Assembly (NCBI RefSeq): GCF_036321535.1
Contig: NC_087437.1
Location: 10,604,001 to 10,668,000 of the forward strand
DNA length: 64,000 nucleotides
DNA from: Camelus dromedarius
Lineage: Eukaryota
Reading direction: 5' to 3'
This document shows positions 35,681 through 49,639 of the stretch, in pieces. Position numbers and translations under genes: made by a program. The notes below the pieces were generated by a model. That model had not been told where the DNA came from, did not search any database, and saw only the letters and a program-made list of their open reading frames with translations. Position 1 is the first letter of the stretch. The number at the start of each line of letters is the position of its first letter.

Positions 35681-36199
35681 AAAGCCTGTAAAATATGTAT
35701 ATTTCCTCCTTCGACTTACGAATATATCAAAGCTGAATCCTGGTATCCTAGGGTAATGGCTTATAGAAAAATACACATTGTAAAATAACTGCATTTCTAG
35801 TGGACAGTCATAGGTTCCATTAAATAGATAGACACTGGGAAATGGTGTACCATTCTCTCTCTGAAAATAGTAATAAGCTGTTAGTACTGGATTTACTTCA
35901 TGAAGTCAGGTAGTTTTTTAAAAATTACTATATTTTATGAGGTTTGTTTCAGAAATCCAATTTCATTAATTCCACATGTTTCATTCCATTTTGACTCTTG
36001 AATCTGCTGAGTCAAGGATATGTATTTGTGGACTATCTCTTAATCACAAACAAGAGGAAGAAACATTTTTATGATTCTTAATAGCCAAAGTATGTAAAAA
36101 TCTAGAAATGTATTCCTACGACTGTGGGCTAATCAGATTTTTATGAACTTTATATTATATGCACCAAAACCATTAACTCTTAAACTCTGAAGTGAATGC

Positions 36200-36480
36200 T
36201 TCTTTACACCAGAGAAAGATACTGTCGTGCAGAGCACAAACTTGAGCACTGGAATGGCTTGTCTTTAACATTTAAGACACTCACTACCCGTATGAATTTC
36301 CTCAGTCTCCTTCTCCATGAGTTCAGCATGGAGAAGGATTGCTCTTTAAACTGCCTAGTGTAGCACCTGCACGTTTTTAGCTGTAGGAGCTTCACAAGTG
36401 GCAGCCATCACCATCACCATCTGCATCACTGTCCCCATCAGCATCACCATCACCATCTGCATCACCACAGCCATCATCTT
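36200..36480 (+). repeat. Degenerate MIR followed by a (CAT/CAC)-rich simple repeat with a 24-bp duplication
   Basis: tttcctcagtctccttctccatgag is MIR-core-like. catcaccatcaccatctgcatcac occurs at 36406-36429 and 36442-36465. Confidence 0.65.
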
Positions 36481-37829
36481 TCTCATAGTCCAGCTGGTTT
36501 CTATGTTAGGATTATATTTTTGAAAAGTGAGTCCCATCCATAATGATATAAATAGTTAAAAGAGATTAAAGGAAATGTTCTATTGAGTGTTAAGAAATAT
36601 TAAGCCATACCAGTTTCCAGTTTGTTCCTACAGTTGAAAATAAATATATATATAAATTCACAGGGAAACAAAAGCCATTCCAAAATGAAAATACTAGTGA
36701 AGTGACCACTTACAAAATTAGTTCCAACTCAAACATTATTTCTATTTAATACCAGTGCCCGTATATATGCTCATGCTAGCAAAGACTTTGGTTTCTCAAC
36801 AAACACAGGGAAAATTCAATTTGGTTGTAAAATGAAACTGGAAATTATTCAGAAGCTTTCATAAAATGGGGTAAAGCGATGAAGGACTGCTGAGATCACA
36901 TGCCAAGCCCCTGGTAGACGAGAAAACCCACAAAGACACCAATAGGATCGCTCTGCAGTGACTTGACTGTCGAAGGACTAAGAGAGAGGCCCTTTGAAAA
37001 ACTGGTGAAGCACCTTAATTTTTTTTTTGTAAAAAATGAAGTGTTTATTATACTGTAAAAGCCAAAAATGCTGTTAAAAAATCTAATAATGTGCTATCAA
37101 GCATACAAAAAATTATGCCAATAAAAGAGTTTTCACTCTCCTAATTAGAACACTGTTTCAGTAATATTATAGATTTTCTTAATGAAGTTAGAAATCAAGT
37201 TATTTTTGGTTTAATTTTTCACAATTTACTCTGAATGTTTATCTCAGTTTTAAGTGATTTCACTTTAAGGAGCCGTTTTGTGGAATTATCCCCAGAGAAT
37301 AAGTACCTACTATACATGAAATAAAAGTTTGTATAAAAATTATTAAAAATGTTAAATTACATAAAGTGATACAGATGGTACTCTGTATTATATTTAACAC
37401 TCAAATAGATGAATTTATGTAAAGTACTTCTGTAGTTGTATAAAGAATATCCAACAATATCATGAATTTACAAAAAGGAATTTCTTCTGAGGAGTTCAGA
37501 TTGCTTCATACAAAAATTACAAATTGGCCCATCTTCAGCCTGAAATAACTAATTTTTTTTTTCCTCTAGCAAAGACTACTCTTCACTCAAAACAGGCAAA
37601 AATCCTAGAGGAATGACCATGATAAATCTCAAGACAGTAATCTTTCCAGATAAAGTTGCACTTCATTTATCTGACACGCCAGAAAATGAAATGTTAACTG
37701 GAAAATACACCGTGCTTCTGAAGCCAGTGCTGATGGGGCTTCCCCTTACTGCTCAGAAATGGCCTGTATTCTCTCTTCTGTGCTCCTCAGTGGTGTCTCA
37801 GACACAACCAGTAAAATACTCTACTGTAT

Positions 37830-37980
37830 TCAGATTATTTGCTTGTCTGTTTATTTGAACCATTACATAGCAGGCTCTTTGGGGACAGAGAACATCTTTT
37901 ACTCAACTTTGTATCCAAGATATTCAGGACAGATTAGCATGTGGTCCATCTCTGTCACAGAAGGGAAGGAAGGCGGTAGG
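37830..37980 (+). mobile_element. L2 3' fragment
   Basis: ggctctttggggacagagaacatctttt...ctttgtatccaag, with a purine-rich tail. Confidence 0.55.
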
Positions 37981-39289
37981 GAGCAGGAGGGACTCAGACT
38001 TTTTTTTTTTTTTTAACACTAGCAATTTTTTTTTTAACAGAAATCTTTCTCATTTACAGCACTCTCTCCTTTTTCTTACTGTACAGAGTGAGCTAAACAT
38101 GCTTGTTAAACTTTTTTGGATGACTAAGGGCCATAGTTTAGAACATTAATTATCACTCTGTGCTATAAAAATGATGCTTTTCAGTTCTATTCAAATGTCT
38201 AGGTTGATCTTTCCAAGAATTCATTACTGTGGGGCCTTTCCAGTTGGGGATACCTCTTGTAATCTGCAGGAGGAACTGAAGGTTGACAAGGAAAACCAGT
38301 TACACGGGCAAGTTAATAAAGCAGTAACCTTAACACTGGCGACAGTCCAGGACTAAAGAGAGGGGATGGCTCTGTGGCCACTCAGAGGTCTTCTCTGTAA
38401 TCCTAAGCATTCAGGGATTTGTTCCTACATTCAAAGTTTAGAAAGTTAGTTCATATTTAATTCCATTATCTATGTCTTATAAAACTTATACAAACTAAAT
38501 ACATTGGAACTGCAAATTTCCAAAGTGTCCTCAAGATGCAAGTATAATTTTTTAAGTAATTAAAATCTTTACTTATAAAAAAAAAAATCTTAGTGCCCAG
38601 CTAAGAATTACACAAAGATAAAAATATATTTCACAATGTCCAGAGAAAGGCAAAAATAAAAAGTTCTGTATCTTAAGTATTGGTTTTTAACACACTACAA
38701 ATGTTTATTTTGTAGATCAAGGTCCATTTCAAATATGCACCCATCAAAGCAGTTTCCAAAGTCCACAGATCCCAGTTTTAGAGGTCAAGAGAGGCTATTC
38801 AGAAATTACTTTTCATTTAATTCCAACAGGAGGAATGACTAGATAGTGCTTTGTTTTCTTAGAAAAGAAACTCACACAGGAAGCTGACACCAGCCCATTC
38901 ACATCTGACTCAGGCCTGAGGAACCTAGGTGATCTCGCCAGGACCCACTGCCAGGCACACACCTGTCTCAGTCAACACTCTCAAAACCTGCCAGAACTGT
39001 GTTTCTCAAAGCAAATACTACAGTGGAGGTGGCAGGACCAGCACTCAGCCACCTCCCTTAGTAACACCACAATCCTGAAGAAGTGCAAGAAACGTGAGCA
39101 GAGACACAAAAGTAGTCATTTGTCCAAGTCTGAAAAGCAGCAAACACGCACTCTGAAAGCCCTGAAAGACACATAAGGCTGACAGTGCTAATGAGTTGAA
39201 AGAGGGCAGGAGGTAGGGTGGGGTCAGATGTGGCTCCTTTACCATCAGTCCTCTGACCCTGGCTCTCCCACCCCACCCCAAAGCTCAGA

Positions 39290-39470
39290 AACAGCCAAGT
39301 ATAAAGAAAAGAACATCCATGAGGGTTCAGATTCTGCTTCCAACACTTGGTGCTCTTGGGCAGTTTATTGACCGTATCTGAGTCTCGGTTCTCACAGGGC
39401 AACAGTAGGATTAAACGAGAGACCGTGTGTCACACGCCTGACATCTGCAAACACTCGATCCACGGTGGTT
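39290..39470 (+). mobile_element. MIR
   Basis: gggttcagattctgcttcc...cttgggcagtttattgaccgtatctgagtctcggtt...aggattaaacgaga. Confidence 0.75.
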
Positions 39471-40811
39471 CGTGGCATGTTAATTTTAAGCACATGATGT
39501 GCTTTTTTGCTTTCCTTAGAGACAAATGTTTAGGTATTTATAGACCTATTTTCAGTTCACTTGTGATATTCTGACAGCTACTATGAAAGAAAAGAGATAG
39601 ATGTAAGCAAAACATGAGAGAGTTACAAGCAAGACACGGTTGTCCTTAACCATATAATTTAATAAGTTGCTTTGTAATTTATAGTTATAGAACAAGTCTA
39701 TCAACTTGATTCTGACAGAATCAAGTCCTGGAAAACAATCCTAAATAAAAGTCTCAACTCTTCAGTTTTTTGCAGAAGTACTTATTAATATCTTTGATGG
39801 AGGTATTCAAAACTCATTTTCACCACTCATTCTTTTAAAGTGGCTTGTTATTTAGAATATTTTATTGCAACAGACAGATATTTCTACACTCATTTTATTG
39901 GTAGGGCTTAATGAGTTTTATGAACCATCGTGCACCAGATTTTTTAAAAACTTAGTTTACTTTGTCTATTTCGCTCTGAGACATTTCAAGAAGGCAGAAA
40001 AACTACACTACTGCATACCATACGGGCATTTTTAACAGTCCTTTCTGAAAAGAGCAACCAGTGGCTAATTCAGAACCCTGACAGAACAACAGAAGGCTAC
40101 CTGGAGTATATAAATATTTTTTCAAATGGTCCTTGCCATCAGTTTTCTTCCTCTTTTTAAAACAGGTTTCTTTCTGACTTTGAAGATGCAGCAGTTTCAG
40201 AAGAGGAATTTTCTACCTAACTGTAGGTAACATGTTTAGGGATCATTAAGAGTCAGACATTAGAGTCAAGTCACCTCCCCGAGCTACAAACCTACAGTTT
40301 CTCTGGTTCTTCTTAGTTATCTCTCCATTCAATATATTTATTTTCTGAAAATAGTCCCTGGTGATTGAGAGCTCTCGTGTGGAATTAATGGCTTTAATGG
40401 AAAGGCTGTGCTTCCAGACTCCTCAAATCCTCTTTGGAATGTAATTCCACATATACAATTCAGACAGATTTTTTAAAAATCCTAAATCTGCCTGTTGTAA
40501 TGGGCATTATTGAGAACTGAAAGGGAATCAAATAACTTGCTTAAATATTTTCTGTGGATATATATGCACGCAGTCTCATTTATGTGGATGCATGTATATA
40601 TATAGACACTCACACATATACACACTCCTCCAGACACCGGCATTCCTAGGACTCAGTCAGTAAATGCAAACTGGCCCTTTAGAAGAAGGAATTAAGTAAG
40701 CCATCAGGCAACAGGTAAGAAAAAAAGCACTTAGGGTAGCAAACATTGTTCCAGTTTCTTGCTTCTCAGAAGTCAGTATCAGCACATAAACTTTTCGTTG
40801 CCCAAGCAAGG

Positions 40812-41183
40812 TGTGCTGATGACTTAGTATTTATCCATTCTGCTTCCCTGTTTCTTCTGGTCCATGGAAGGATTATACTTCCCTCCTCCTTGCAGTTGAG
40901 CAAGATTAAGGGAGTTTCTGGCCAGTGGGTTTGGGGCCAGGTGAAAGCATTTAATTGCCAGTTTGAGATCCTCCACCCTCCTACCTGCCATGGTGATCAG
41001 ATCATGGTACTGTAAGATCAGAGCAGCCTAGATTACAAACTACAGACATGAAGTCACAGCCCAGCAGAGTCACCCGGCACACAGGCTGTGTGTGTCATGA
41101 GAAATAAACCTTTGTTGTGTTCAGTACTGAGGTTCTGATGCTGTTTGTTACACGGCACAACTTGGCCTCTCCTGAACAGTAAC
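40812..41183 (+). mobile_element. MaLR solo LTR, MLT1J-like
   Basis: gggccaggtgaaagcatttaattgccagtttgagatcctcca, and 3' end tgagaaataaacctttgttgtgttcagtactgaggtt...tttgttacacggcacaacttggcctctcctga. Confidence 0.85.
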
Positions 41184-42299
41184 AGAGATTTAGTGTTTGT
41201 TTTTCCACTGGAGGCTGCTTCCTAAAGCTACCTGAAGTTTGTATGAAGTTTACTGAAAGAAAAGAGTAGTCTTGGGCAAAAAATTTATGAAAGTAAAGGA
41301 TACTGAGTGAGAAGTAAAGGAAAACTTTGGTAGGAGGGATATTCAAAACAAAGGTGAGGAGGTGAAGTCAAGGAATACTCTTGGGCATTGGAATGGATGA
41401 GATAATGAACAAAAGTAAATTCTGGAGAAGAGTTTTCAGGGAACATGAGAAAGTGAAGAATTTGTCTGCAGTTAGTGTCCGAATGGACCACTCTAGTCGG
41501 ACATGCGGGTGAAGCCTAGTCCCAACCTCGCATCTTCTTCCGTTGACCTAATGGCGCCTGACTGTAGGCTAGCCTCTGCCACTCTGGGATTTGGTTTTGC
41601 ACAAGCATGAAATATTGTCCACTTCACAACCAAGATTTCTTTGTTACCAAGGACTCTTGTTCTTAGGTGCCTGTCTGGCTCAAACCCTTGATCATTGACT
41701 ACACTGGGAACATCCCATCCTCTTTCCTGACCATCTTCCTAGGTTTCCCCGGGTTCCGAGGGCAGTCCAGACTACCTCTGCTGCGCAGAACTGGTAGCTT
41801 CATACGTCAAACAGAAACTTTAGGAGATAGCAAAATAAATAACAGTAAAATGCAGAAAATCATAGATCATTTATATGAGAGCTGAAATTTTAGTATAGTT
41901 ATAGAGGGTATGTACATATTGCATACACTGCTTTTTATGGTCAGAAACAGACATGAATGGTAACATGCTGTTTTTTATCCTTTAAGAGTTGTGCAGTTGA
42001 AAAAGGAGGAGTCACAGCATTAATCATTCAATACAGGTTTTACAGACCAGGCATTTTAATTTCTATGGGGATTGTGACAGTATTATAGTTTGATATTTTC
42101 TAGCATAAGAGGTATAAATTGGCCAGTCCCAATCTAGGGTGTGCAAAAAAGGTAACTTTATTTTTTGTAAAGTGATCTCTTTCTAGTTATAGGCTGCTAT
42201 TCCAAATCATGGTCTAAAATACTCAACCTTGCCTTTTAAAAAGGTACTTCAGTATCTTCTCATCTGAAACACCTTCTTTTGACTAACTATTCAGTCTGT

Positions 42300-43050
42300 A
42301 AAGCTGTCTGCTCCCCTTTAGGGCTCTCCCCTCCCTCTTAATCAAGACTGCCTTTGAGTACAGGGGACGCCTCGCTCCTCTCGCTGTCCTTCCAGTGAGG
42401 CCTTTCACGGGCATGACTTCTGGGCCTCAGGCCTGTCCTCACTGCGTCTCCCAGGCCAGTAGGAAGGTGGTGCCCGGAGGTGCAGAAGTGTGCGGTCTCT
42501 CTGTCCATAGGACGGCTGCACTCAGCTGCCTCCCCCGCGCTCTGGAAACCAAGTCAGCTTTAGCCCTGCCATCCCCTCAGCACTTCCGAACTCCATCAGG
42601 ACCTTGAAACTCTTGGTTGCTTGCTCTGCGCTACCCTGGAGTTTGTGGACCCCTGTAAAAATTACCCTCCAGTCCATTAGCTGGGGAAACCTTCCTCAAA
42701 CTTCATTCCTTTTTCCATTACTTCTGGGCTATGATGGACATGACACTTCGTGCCCAGCAGGACTTTCTGAAAGGCTTGTGGCTTTTGCAGGCTGTTCTCC
42801 CAGAGAAGCCAAGCAGCAGCCTGAAAGTAGAGGGATTACCCTTCAGCCTTTCTGAGGCCCAGTCTTGTTCCACCTCTAGCATGGACCTCCGCACTCTGGG
42901 CTCCTCCACTCTGAATAGCTCTCTTCCTCTGACCCTTCTAGACCTGAAGGGGGTTCAGTTTCCTTCACAAGGTACCTGGAATTGTTCTTCTCACTGTAAT
43001 TATAATACCAGTAATCCTCCAAATTTGTCTTTTTCTCAAACACTCTTTTA
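42300..43050 (+). mobile_element. Highly degenerate L2-like region
   Basis: Pyrimidine-rich CT tracts with L2-like phrases (tccactctgaatagctctcttcc; aatcctccaaatttgtc). Boundaries are uncertain. Confidence 0.35.
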
Positions 43051-45394
43051 CATGTTTTTCTTGTAAAAACTCGGCTTTGGAAGTTCTTAGAAAACCGTTT
43101 AACCACTTGAAAGCCTGGTTTACAATCTTTGGACTTTAAAAAAAAATCTACTTTCAAATTCAAAGTTAAGCTTCCCTGATCTAGGTGCCATCCCTAGCAG
43201 TCAGTTTCAGCCTTATGGCTGAGTTAAGGCTGGTCCTAATGTCAGGACAGGGAGTGGGGCAGGAGTGGAGTAAAGAGAGGGAATAGCATGGCTGAAAAAG
43301 AAAAGGTCACTGGGTAACATTTAACAAGCTACTATATCGTCCTAAGTACTAATTTGCCATCACAGAGTGGTACCACTTCAAGGGAGCGGAGCCTCTGATT
43401 ACAATCTTTCAGTCCCTGCAGGACCCAGCCAGGGCCTCGTATGTAACTCAGTTTTCTTTTCAGAAAGCAGGCTGAGCCAGAAGCTTTCAGAAATGAACCA
43501 AGATTTCCAGGATATAATAGGGAAATAATAGAGTCATGGATAATTACAGAGAAAACACTATGATGAGTAAAAAAGTCAAAGAAACTTGCTGAAAACTTGA
43601 GTTTTGTATTTTTCTAGTGTTATGAATAAAACTGTATTGATGCTAAAGAAAAATAGCATTAAATACAGTTTAGGGGTAGTACTTATACAAGAGAACATCT
43701 TATTAATTCATATGCAGTCTTTAGGGAAATTGTGATTGCCTTTATAAATGTATAAACTTGTGTAGCTGAAACTTCACCAGCAGTCAGTCAAAATAACATC
43801 ATGTCTCAACTAGTGGACTGCTTGCAGATCTTTAACTGCTACGTATATTGCACTGAAAGTTATGCCATGCATGATACTTGGGAAAATGTCATTTTCTACC
43901 CATGTGTGATAATGTGATGATAGTATCTGAAAGCAAAATCTGGACCCAGTAGGTTAATTATAAGTGTCAGTTACTAATCTTTTATATTCTAGGATATTAA
44001 CAACTCAACTGAAGGCATTTGACAAATTTTCACATAGCTGAGTATTTTTTTTTTAATCATATAGAGAATATTATATCTTTAGTCTAACAACAGGCTTAAC
44101 TTTTGTGGAAACTCAACAGGCTTCCAGTTTTCTTTCACTATTAATTATTAGCTTTAAAATAAACACATTGTTAGAAACCACCTTTTAAGGAAAGGGAAAC
44201 CTGGAGTTAGCCAGGCTTGAAAATTATAAGGGAGTAGAATGCATTCCCGTAGAACAATGCATGAATCACACAGAACTGCTTTCTGTTACAGCACCTTCAT
44301 CAATTAGACCAGCAACAGCCGAAAGCCATTACTTGCTGCTGGCTGCACTTGGTGAGATGTTTTTCTTCCTCCTCAGTATTCTGATGTCAGTTTATCACTT
44401 TCCTACCCAAACAGTGCCTGGGGCTCCGCTAACCTTAAATAATTGAGATGAATGAAAGAAAATATTTTAGTAATCAAAACGAGAATATCAGTGTCTTGTT
44501 TACATATTAATCAGATATGCAGCAGCGACTGCTCAGAAAAGGATTGTGAAGAAAGTTTTATAAAGGTAATTTAAATGCTTAGCATGACAATAAAACAGAT
44601 TCTCAATTTAGCAGTGTCTAATTTTTGATGTCTATAATTTTAATTTTTAAAATTTTAGTGACTTACATTATTCTTATATCCCTTTTCTTCCATGACTATT
44701 AATTTTGTGAGTATTAATGCTGTTAAGATGAAATTCAAGTTCATTTTGTTACATAAAAAAAGTATTGATTTTGTGATAGTTACTTGCAGTCAAAATTTTG
44801 AAGAATGTTCTACTGTGTTATTTCTTAAGCCACATAAAGTAAATGATATGTAACAAAATGATAAAGAAAAAAAATTTATTGGATCCACTATGTCAAGAGT
44901 TGCTAAACTCTCTAAAATATTCTTCAATAACCTGTCTTAAATTTTAATAGCCAGTAGGAATTTAATATAGGGCATCCAGAAGAGGAGCAGCTCAGTCACC
45001 AGCAGTTCACTGACCTAACCCTTCCCAGTGTGTAGCTGTAACAGCATTCATTTTTCTGTTGGCTACAACCACAGTTCTGTTCCACACAGAAGAATCAGTT
45101 CTGATTTAAGAGCGCTCTTAGTCAGGTGGTCTCCAAATTTAAGTTGATTGCAGTTGGTTAATCTCTAATCAGGCAGAGGAGACCTGTGCAGGCGAGTGCA
45201 GCTGTACCAGCAAACACCTGTTTAAGGACCAGCTTCTCTCCTCTGCTTCCAGGAACTCATGAAGACATTGTTTTCACCATCCAAGACTGCAGCTTTGGGG
45301 AGGGTCGACAGTGGAATTCAGAACAATAATACCTCACATATGCAATGTTTTTTCTCTCCCCATAAGCTTTCCTTTTTCAAAAAATTATTTTCTC

Positions 45395-45560
45395 AATTCA
45401 TTCTCTGATTCATCATTTATTAATCACTTAGGTGCTAGGTATACGAACTTTAATATTACAGTGTCCACCCCTCAAAGGAGCACTGTCTGGAGGAGACAGA
45501 CATGTTAACAAACAATTGCAGAGCATTGTACTCAGACTCCAAGATTGTGGAATAAAGATA
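45395..45560 (-). mobile_element. L2 3' fragment
   Basis: ttcatcatttattaatcacttaggtgctagg...cccctcaaaggagcactgtctggaggagacagacatgttaacaaacaattgcag. Confidence 0.7.
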
Positions 45561-46389
45561 AAAGAGAATTAGTTTTTTTCTTTAAAGAAATGTCTTTGAG
45601 AAGTATTTTTTAATATGCTTAAATTACATTTTAATAATTTGCTTAGGAGCCCGCTGTGAAGATTGTCTCCAATAAAGGATGTATAGGTGGTCCTTACTTT
45701 GCATTTCTTTACACTTTTATCACAAGTCACCGCATGCTGTCTCATTAACATCTGTACTGTAGTTCCCAGTTTTCCACCTATTCACTGATTTCTTGCCTTG
45801 GGATCCTGCAGGAAAGCAGCTCAGACAGGGGGAAGTGATGGGGGACTGGAGGTGATTATAACCCACTTCTGAAGACAAAGACAATTCTAAGGCATTAGCT
45901 TGCTTCCTAAAATCTGCCCAAAATTACATTAATGACTAAGTGCAAGGAGTTTTGTGGCTCTGCGGCTTTTTATACGTATGAGCTTTGGTTTCCTCCTTAC
46001 AGACAGCAGGAGTTGCCCAATATGTGACCTCTGAGAAAGTTTTTTGGAATGTATTTTGACAGGTTAAGTGTCTCTGAGATTGAAAAAGGGGACTGAGCTG
46101 GTTGCCTCTATTTGTGAAAGGTTGGTGACCATTAAAAGAGAATGAACATCTCTGAACCAGATAAATCCAAGCGCTTGTGTGTGAAGAAACACAGGTTGAG
46201 AGTAACCAGTAACAAATCTGCAGATTCCTGATAAGTCAGAAGTGGGAGAAAAAGCATAAGAAAAAAATCTTGTGCAGTAATTAGCGTTGTGTATTAGTTG
46301 CCAATTTGAAGGTTGTTCATTTGAAAACTAGCATTAGTTGGCTTTTCTGGGTTTTTGATCTGTTTTTAAGTATGTAAGTGAAGAAAGTG

Positions 46390-46810
46390 TCATAGCCCAC
46401 ACTGGAAACTGCCCAAGTACCATCAAGATAGGATGGATAAATTATGATGCACTCACACAGTGGACTACTACACAGCAATGAGAAAGAATAAACTCCAAAG
46501 CACAGACGTGGGTGAATCTCACAAACAATATGGAGCAAAAGAAGTCAGACCCAAGAGAGTACTCATGGTACAGTTCCATTTACATACAACCCCAGACAGT
46601 CCAGATTCATCAGTGGTGTCAGAAGTCCAGATGGCGGCTGTTTAGAGGAGGCAGGAGGCGGTAACTGAAAGGGAGCGTAGGTGCTGGCTGTGTTCTGTTG
46701 TTAATCTGGGCACTGGTGTGTTCACTTTAGGCTCATTCTTAAAACTGTGTACTTATGCTGGTACACTTTTCTGAATGCATGCCCTACTCTGCAAAAGTTT
46801 GCTTACAAAG
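46390..46810 (+). mobile_element. Old L1ME-type 3' end
   Basis: ORF 46460-46645 starts DYYTAMRKNKL (ORF2 EYY.A.K.N). Also gtgggtgaatctcacaaacaat...aaagaagtcagac. Confidence 0.85.
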
Positions 46811-47134
46811 TAATATACATGTTCGCTTCAGAAGATATTTTTATAAACAGAATATATTATGTATTTAATCTTATATCTTTTATTTTCATTTAACACCAAG
46901 TCATAAGCATATTCCTGTGTCATTTAATATATTTCATTGACAGCAATTTTAGTACATTTATTAAGATATTTTGAAAATAAGGAATATTCATTGTGTTATG
47001 TGTTCATTCACGCACATATACACTGATATGTAGGGTTGTAACATAAAAATCACATTTACAAACCCAACATGGGATGACTTTTTTATACTTTGTCACGTTA
47101 GACCACAAGGCTTCTACTACCGAAAGCATAGGCA

Positions 47135-47206
47135 TCATTCCTCCAGTACAGCAACGACATTGATGGGAGAACAGTTCTCCAAAGGAACTTCTCTTCGTAA
47201 TTTGTC
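47135..47206 (-). CDS. Candidate terminal coding exon of the minus-strand gene (DKLRREVPLENCSPINVVAVLEE*)
   Basis: Acceptor actgatgtttcag at 47207/47206, TGA at 47137-47135 and AATAAA at 46962-46957. CpG-retaining unique sequence. Confidence 0.35.
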   Translation of the reverse strand, partial: DKLRREVPLENCSPINVVAVLEE

Positions 47207-48275
47207 CTGAAACATCAGTTCTTTTAACGATAAGGCCTTGGTTGCTATAGTTTGCCATAGTTATGAAGTAGGGAAAATACTATAAAAATGTATTCTTGGC
47301 CTTAAAGTTTATTAAAAGAAGTTTAATAAACTTCACTTCACTTCTCCTCTTCACTTCTCTGTCAATTTCACTTCATCATCTCAGGCTAATGCTAAATATT
47401 AATTTACCTTCCATAATATTTCCAATGAAAAATATATATAAATACGTTTTCTTGGTGTCAGGGACAAGTCAGAAATCTAAAAATAAACACATATGAATAA
47501 ATAATGAATATAAAGAAATACACTGGTGTACTACAGAATGCTCTGCATTTTACAACCAGCGGCATGGTTTACATAATGTTACAATTCAGTCTGTGACCGC
47601 AGGCTAATTCACAAAACCTCACAGAGATTAAAATAAATGTTTATAAAGCAGTGAAGAACATTTAGGTAATCACATCAGCTGAGACAGATACTCTGTAATG
47701 CCTGGATTCCCTTCCAGTCTAGAGAGCAGTAAATAGTGTTACCAGCAACACTTTTCCTCTCTCACTAACCTAACCAAGTTTGGCATTTCAAAGTCTCTAT
47801 TGTAAACAATAAATTAAAAAAAAAAATCTAATTCTTAGGCAGGAAGTCCACAAATGTTTATTCCCATTCACTTCCCTTACTATCAATTATTAAATTTGTT
47901 TTATGCAACTATATACACAGAATTTTTTAGTCTTTAATCTTTTGGTTTCTTCATACTTTTTACATCATCTCATTTATTCCTTTTGAGAATTAAGATGAAA
48001 TGATATGCAGCAGAGTGTTGTTTACCTTTCATAAGGAAGATCTGGCCAGGTATGTTTGCAAATAAATAGTTTGATCAGCGATTACACTATTAAAATTATT
48101 GAGAAAAGAAAAAGGTGAGGAGGGAAGGAAAGGGGAAAGATGATGATTTAGAATATAGCCTATGCAGATGAGAGTAGCAGTGGGAGGCAAGGTGTTAGAC
48201 GGCTACCTTTAATTTTTGTTCACAGCTGCAGCTGGTTTAGATGCTGATAAAATGCAGGCCTCTGCCTAAGCGTAC

Positions 48276-48301
48276 CTGTTCTTCAATGGTTAGCTCGTGG
48301 T
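48276..48301 (-). CDS. Candidate 26-nt microexon (HELTIEEQ)
   Basis: Donor CAG|GTACGC at 48276/48275 and a weak AAG acceptor after an AG-free pyrimidine-rich stretch. It ends in phase 0, in frame with the 47206 exon. Confidence 0.3.
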
Positions 48302-48374
48302 CTTTACCATTTAGGTGAAGGACATGAGTAGAAAAACATGTGGTAGTTTATAAATAAGTCGAAAATAAGACCTC

Positions 48375-48560
48375 CAGTGCTCTGCAAGTAAAATTTCAGT
48401 AGTGTAGCTCTGAATAATTATACTTCAGTTTCCTTATCTGTAAAATGATGATAGGGTTATTACCTAAAATTATGAAGTTTAATTGAGTTCATACATATCA
48501 GTTACTTAAACTAGTGTCAGGCACACAGGACGTACGCTGTAGAAGTTCACCACTATTACT
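48375..48560 (+). mobile_element. MIR
   Basis: cttcagtttccttatctgtaaaatgatgata...tagtgtcaggcacacag. Confidence 0.85.
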
Positions 48561-49639
48561 AACACCACCACCTGTAAGGTCATTTGTGGCTTCCTGGTGT
48601 GGTCTCTGTGTCTAGTCCTACCACCAGTATTTAATGCTATAGGCAGCTGGAGCAGTGAAACTGTAGGCTATTAGCAAGACTTATATCCACATCCACAGTG
48701 CAAGGCCTCTGACTCTGTGATCATATTCTGCTTGGAACCATGATCTGTATTTCAAAAGAAACACTCAGTCATTTCCGTGATAAAGATAATTTGACCTATT
48801 GATTTGCATAGTCAGACGGATTTACAAATACGCTGAGTAAAGCTCTCCCCCTGGGGTTGGGGTGGGGTGGGGAGCTTCAGAAAGATTAGAGCATTGGTGA
48901 GGAAGTGCAGGAAAGGGGGATGTGGAGTAGGAGGGGAGAAGTGCGCTGTGCAGTTAAAGGTACACAGACGGCTGAAGTATCTGCCCTAAGGATCCCGTGA
49001 ACCTATCATCCCTTTTTTCCCTCAAGCTTCCCCTCTCAGTTACTAACGCTGTTGGCAGACACACCCTTTGTTCCCAGCATTCAGTCTTCCCTGTTTTGAC
49101 TTATTTACAGGCTACGCGAGGAAACTGAATTTCCAATACAAGCCAAGAAGGGTTTTCAGGACTAGAGATTTCAATTTTTTTTTTTTTAATTCTCACCATG
49201 AACGAACGCATCTAGGATGTATACAGTACTTTTCATATGTCTTTTTTTCCCTCTAACATCTTGAAACATGTATTTTAGTCAAGTACATTTATTTTAAGGA
49301 GGATTAGGTATGATTATGTACTTAATAATGGCAACGTGTAATTATTTTTATGATCATCAGCTGTTCAGATTTCGTATTTGTTTTTCACGAGCATAACAGC
49401 CTGCAGTTGCTTCACAAGAAGAAAAGATTACCATGCGTGGTAGATGCAGATTATTTTTGCTCACTTGTCTAAAAACAGCTTATATATACTCTATATTTTA
49501 GCTAAAAACTCAATGTAAATAAATGTTGACAATTTTGAACTCTGAAAACCTGGTTACCAAATAGAGCAAAAAAAATTTTTTTCAGAGTAATGGCTCTTCA
49601 GAAATCCAGCACAGTGTGTGTATCCTTTATTCATTACAG

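Noticed and set aside
36355..36537. Met/Val-rich (or Asp/Gly-rich) ORF
   Set aside because: It is the translation of a CAT/CAC simple repeat next to a MIR relic.
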